This document shows, one piece after another, positions 61,605 through 64,000 of a stretch of DNA of 64,000 bases. The notes under the pieces were generated by a model that worked only from the letters and a program-made list of their open reading frames with translations, searched no databases and had not been told where the DNA came from. The stretch spans positions 137,270,001 through 137,334,000 of the forward strand of contig CM059432.1 of assembly GCA_030390025.1 (NCBI GenBank). The letters run 5' to 3'. The number at the start of each line of letters is the position of its first letter. Within the stretch, counting starts at the first letter, position 1. This DNA is from Squalus acanthias (taxonomy: Eukaryota). The position numbers and the translations under genes were made by a program.

Positions 61605-61724
61605 ACCTGCATGCTGCATATGACTGTCTTCACAATCCTTACAGAGTCCACCTTCACAAAAGGGAATAGGCAGCAGATTCCTTGCATTCAAATTATCTCT
61701 CTACCCCTGCATTTTATTTGGTAG

Positions 61725-61930
61725 GAGAAGGCAGTGCACAACAGGTAGGAAGTGATTTACAACTAGATGGGTGGGGGGTGGGGGGGGGGGGGGGGGGGAG
61801 GGGGAGGTCAAGCTTCCATCCATGATCTCACACCATTTGAGGAGCGGGTGCTCCAAATTCAGAGCCGGGAGTTGCCAGAGATGGGAAAGCACGAGGCCAT
61901 AATCAATGACAATGATACTTTGGAGGCCAT
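61725..61930 (+). pseudogene. Harbinger Myb/SANT partner exon-2 remnant with expanded poly-G
   Basis: EKAVHNR..GGGQASIHDLTPFEERVLQI, cf. GGGQVELHPLTQLEERV at 35898-35950. Confidence 0.6.
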
Positions 61931-64000
61931 GTTCTGGCACAAGGCTTTATATGACAATGATACTTTCATTCTCCATCTAAGGTCTCCCACAAGCACTGGA
62001 ACACAGGATGACAGAGAGTTGCAGGCCAATGGCAGCTGCTCGTTGAGGGCAGTTGTACCCTACCCGGCTTTAGAGAGTTCCTTCTCCTCTTCCCTGTATG
62101 GCAGAAGAAACATCAGGGGAAGACACCAAGCACCTCAACTAGCATAACTGGCACTTCAGCTCACTCGGGCAAACACCATCATAGAACCATCCACCCCATA
62201 GGTTGGAGGTAGTGGGATTGAGGGCAGCACATTGGGTGATGCACGGAGCACAGGTGAGCAGGAGCAGGTAGAAGCCTTTTGCTGGAGGGCAAGGTCACTT
62301 CCATCCACAGCTGATGAGTGTAAGAATATAGATACGTTTTTACATTGTTTTAATACAGAATGAAGACAGAACAGCTAATGTCGGCAGAATTGGTTTAAGC
62401 GGCATACAGACAGATCTTTTGATCACATTGACACTGCGATAACATTGGAGAAGGAAGAAACTTTAGACAATGGAACAAGGTATTGACCAGGATACGCCCC
62501 TATGTTTGTGTGTGTTCAGCAATCTTGTTTGATGACCTAAGGGTCATAAATCGCCCAACAAAGTTAAACTCAACTAGAATTGGACAATATATGATTGTTT
62601 TTTAAAATAATATAAAAGAGGACTGCAAAGCTTCAATCACTTAGGAACTTTAGTGAGGTACCATGAATGGCTTTTGATCGACAATCGCTCACAATTCCTG
62701 CCTATACTCCTCTGTATGTAGTCTTAAAATGAAAGTTATGAAAGAATAATAAATCAAGTTCCTGGTCAGACATATTACGGTCGCTAGCTTTTACAAAGCT
62801 GTTAATAAAAGGATAAAGATTATCCCAACAGTGAGGACAGGGATCTGGGTCTCTGAGACTCAGGAGGATGCTTTCTGAGCACAGAGATTGTTGGAGTCAT
62901 TAGGGACCATGCCTAGCAGCTTCTAACCCAAAAGCAGTTGGTGCAATGTAACAATTTGTTTCTGTAAATCAGTCAGATTGAATTGCAATGTTTATGATTG
63001 AACGTCAAATGTTTCCTGTTGTCAGTGACAAGTGACTGACAATACAATGGTTAAAAACTGTTCCTTAAACTCAACAACTGACAATTCGGTTTCACTTGTG
63101 ATTAACATTAGTACTAAACATGTCAAAATTTATTTTTCCGTACTCTGAATGTGTATATTTTAAAGACAGTTGCTCCGAAATAAATTTATTTTACAAGTAA
63201 CAAGATTATAGATCATGGTAATTCTGCCAGTGACATCACAATGGGGGAGGGGGATGGGGTGGGGGTAAGGTGATGAAAGCATCCACAAGTATCCCATTGC
63301 ACCAGATTCCCACCTCCCAAAATCCCACCATTTCTAGGCTCCTGTTTTGAACTGTGTGATCTGACAACCTGAATAACTGATGTAGTATAGACCAGTGGTT
63401 CGTGAACTGGGCGTCTGTAGAGATTTTCCAGGGGTTCGCGCGAAATAATGTCGAAGTGCGGCCGGAGACGGGCTTGGTGTGAGCCGGGAGGCGGGAGCAG
63501 AGTGCGGCCGCCACATGTGCAGCGCAGTGTGGGCTGGCTGTCTCACCTAAGAGGGGGAGATGTCTGAAGGTTGTAAACCCATTTTGAATCAATTCCCAAA
63601 TTGTTGCTTAACAACAAAATAGCTTTCCTAGTTGTCCAGGCTAAAAAAAAATAGAATGCTTAGCTTCAGGTTGCAGTTTGGAGACCATCCCTTAAATCTG
63701 AGGGGTACGGCTAAAAGTTTAATCAGTTCGCAAGTCTCTTCCCTGGATAAAATGCTATGCTATTTTACAAGGAAGGAAAACAGACCGATTCAGCTAACCC
63801 ACAAGAAGAACCCTCTTTACAACAGATCACAGGCACAATGCAATGACACAAAGTAGTGTCTGGCCAAAATCATACCACCTTCTAAACACAGTTCGAACTG
63901 AGTGTCCTTAGCATTGCTATACCCCAACATTTTCAGGAAATATGGTGGTAGAGTTTAAGCTGTGGACACTTTCCCTCCCTCTCCTGGGGAAAAACATCAC

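Noticed and set aside
60786..61691. Five overlapping 169-301 aa ORFs and a superficially CRISPR-like array
   Set aside because: Head-to-tail 24-bp units with no unique spacers, in a eukaryotic context; the ORFs follow from a nearly stop-free repeat unit.

Overview
Eukaryotic, repeat-dense vertebrate DNA, most likely a cartilaginous fish (inferred from SacSINE1-like DeuSINEs and the CR1/L2/Penelope/Harbinger mix). Nearly everything recognisable is transposon-derived. (1) A 7.47-kb Penelope-like (RT + GIY-YIG) compound insertion at 12713-20178: two near-full copies head-to-head, one perfect 12-bp target-site duplication (TSD), four minimal hammerhead-ribozyme motifs. A 99-bp miniature with the same architecture lies at 31795-31893. 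(2) A young CR1 LINE with an intact 955-aa ORF2 that has no AUG before its endonuclease domain and overlaps ORF1 at a U-UUA-AAC slippery heptamer in -1 register (candidate programmed frameshift). (3) Several Harbinger two-gene elements (DDE transposase + spliced Myb/SANT gene) with deletion derivatives and MITEs. (4) Two solo LTRs, three hAT MITEs, SINEs with their partner LINE tails, RTE and Vingi-like fragments, and a 24-bp minisatellite. No host gene could be named; a candidate terminal exon plus 3'UTR lies near 22.5-24.6 kb. Boundaries of old fragments are approximate, and family names come from recalled motifs, not database searches.
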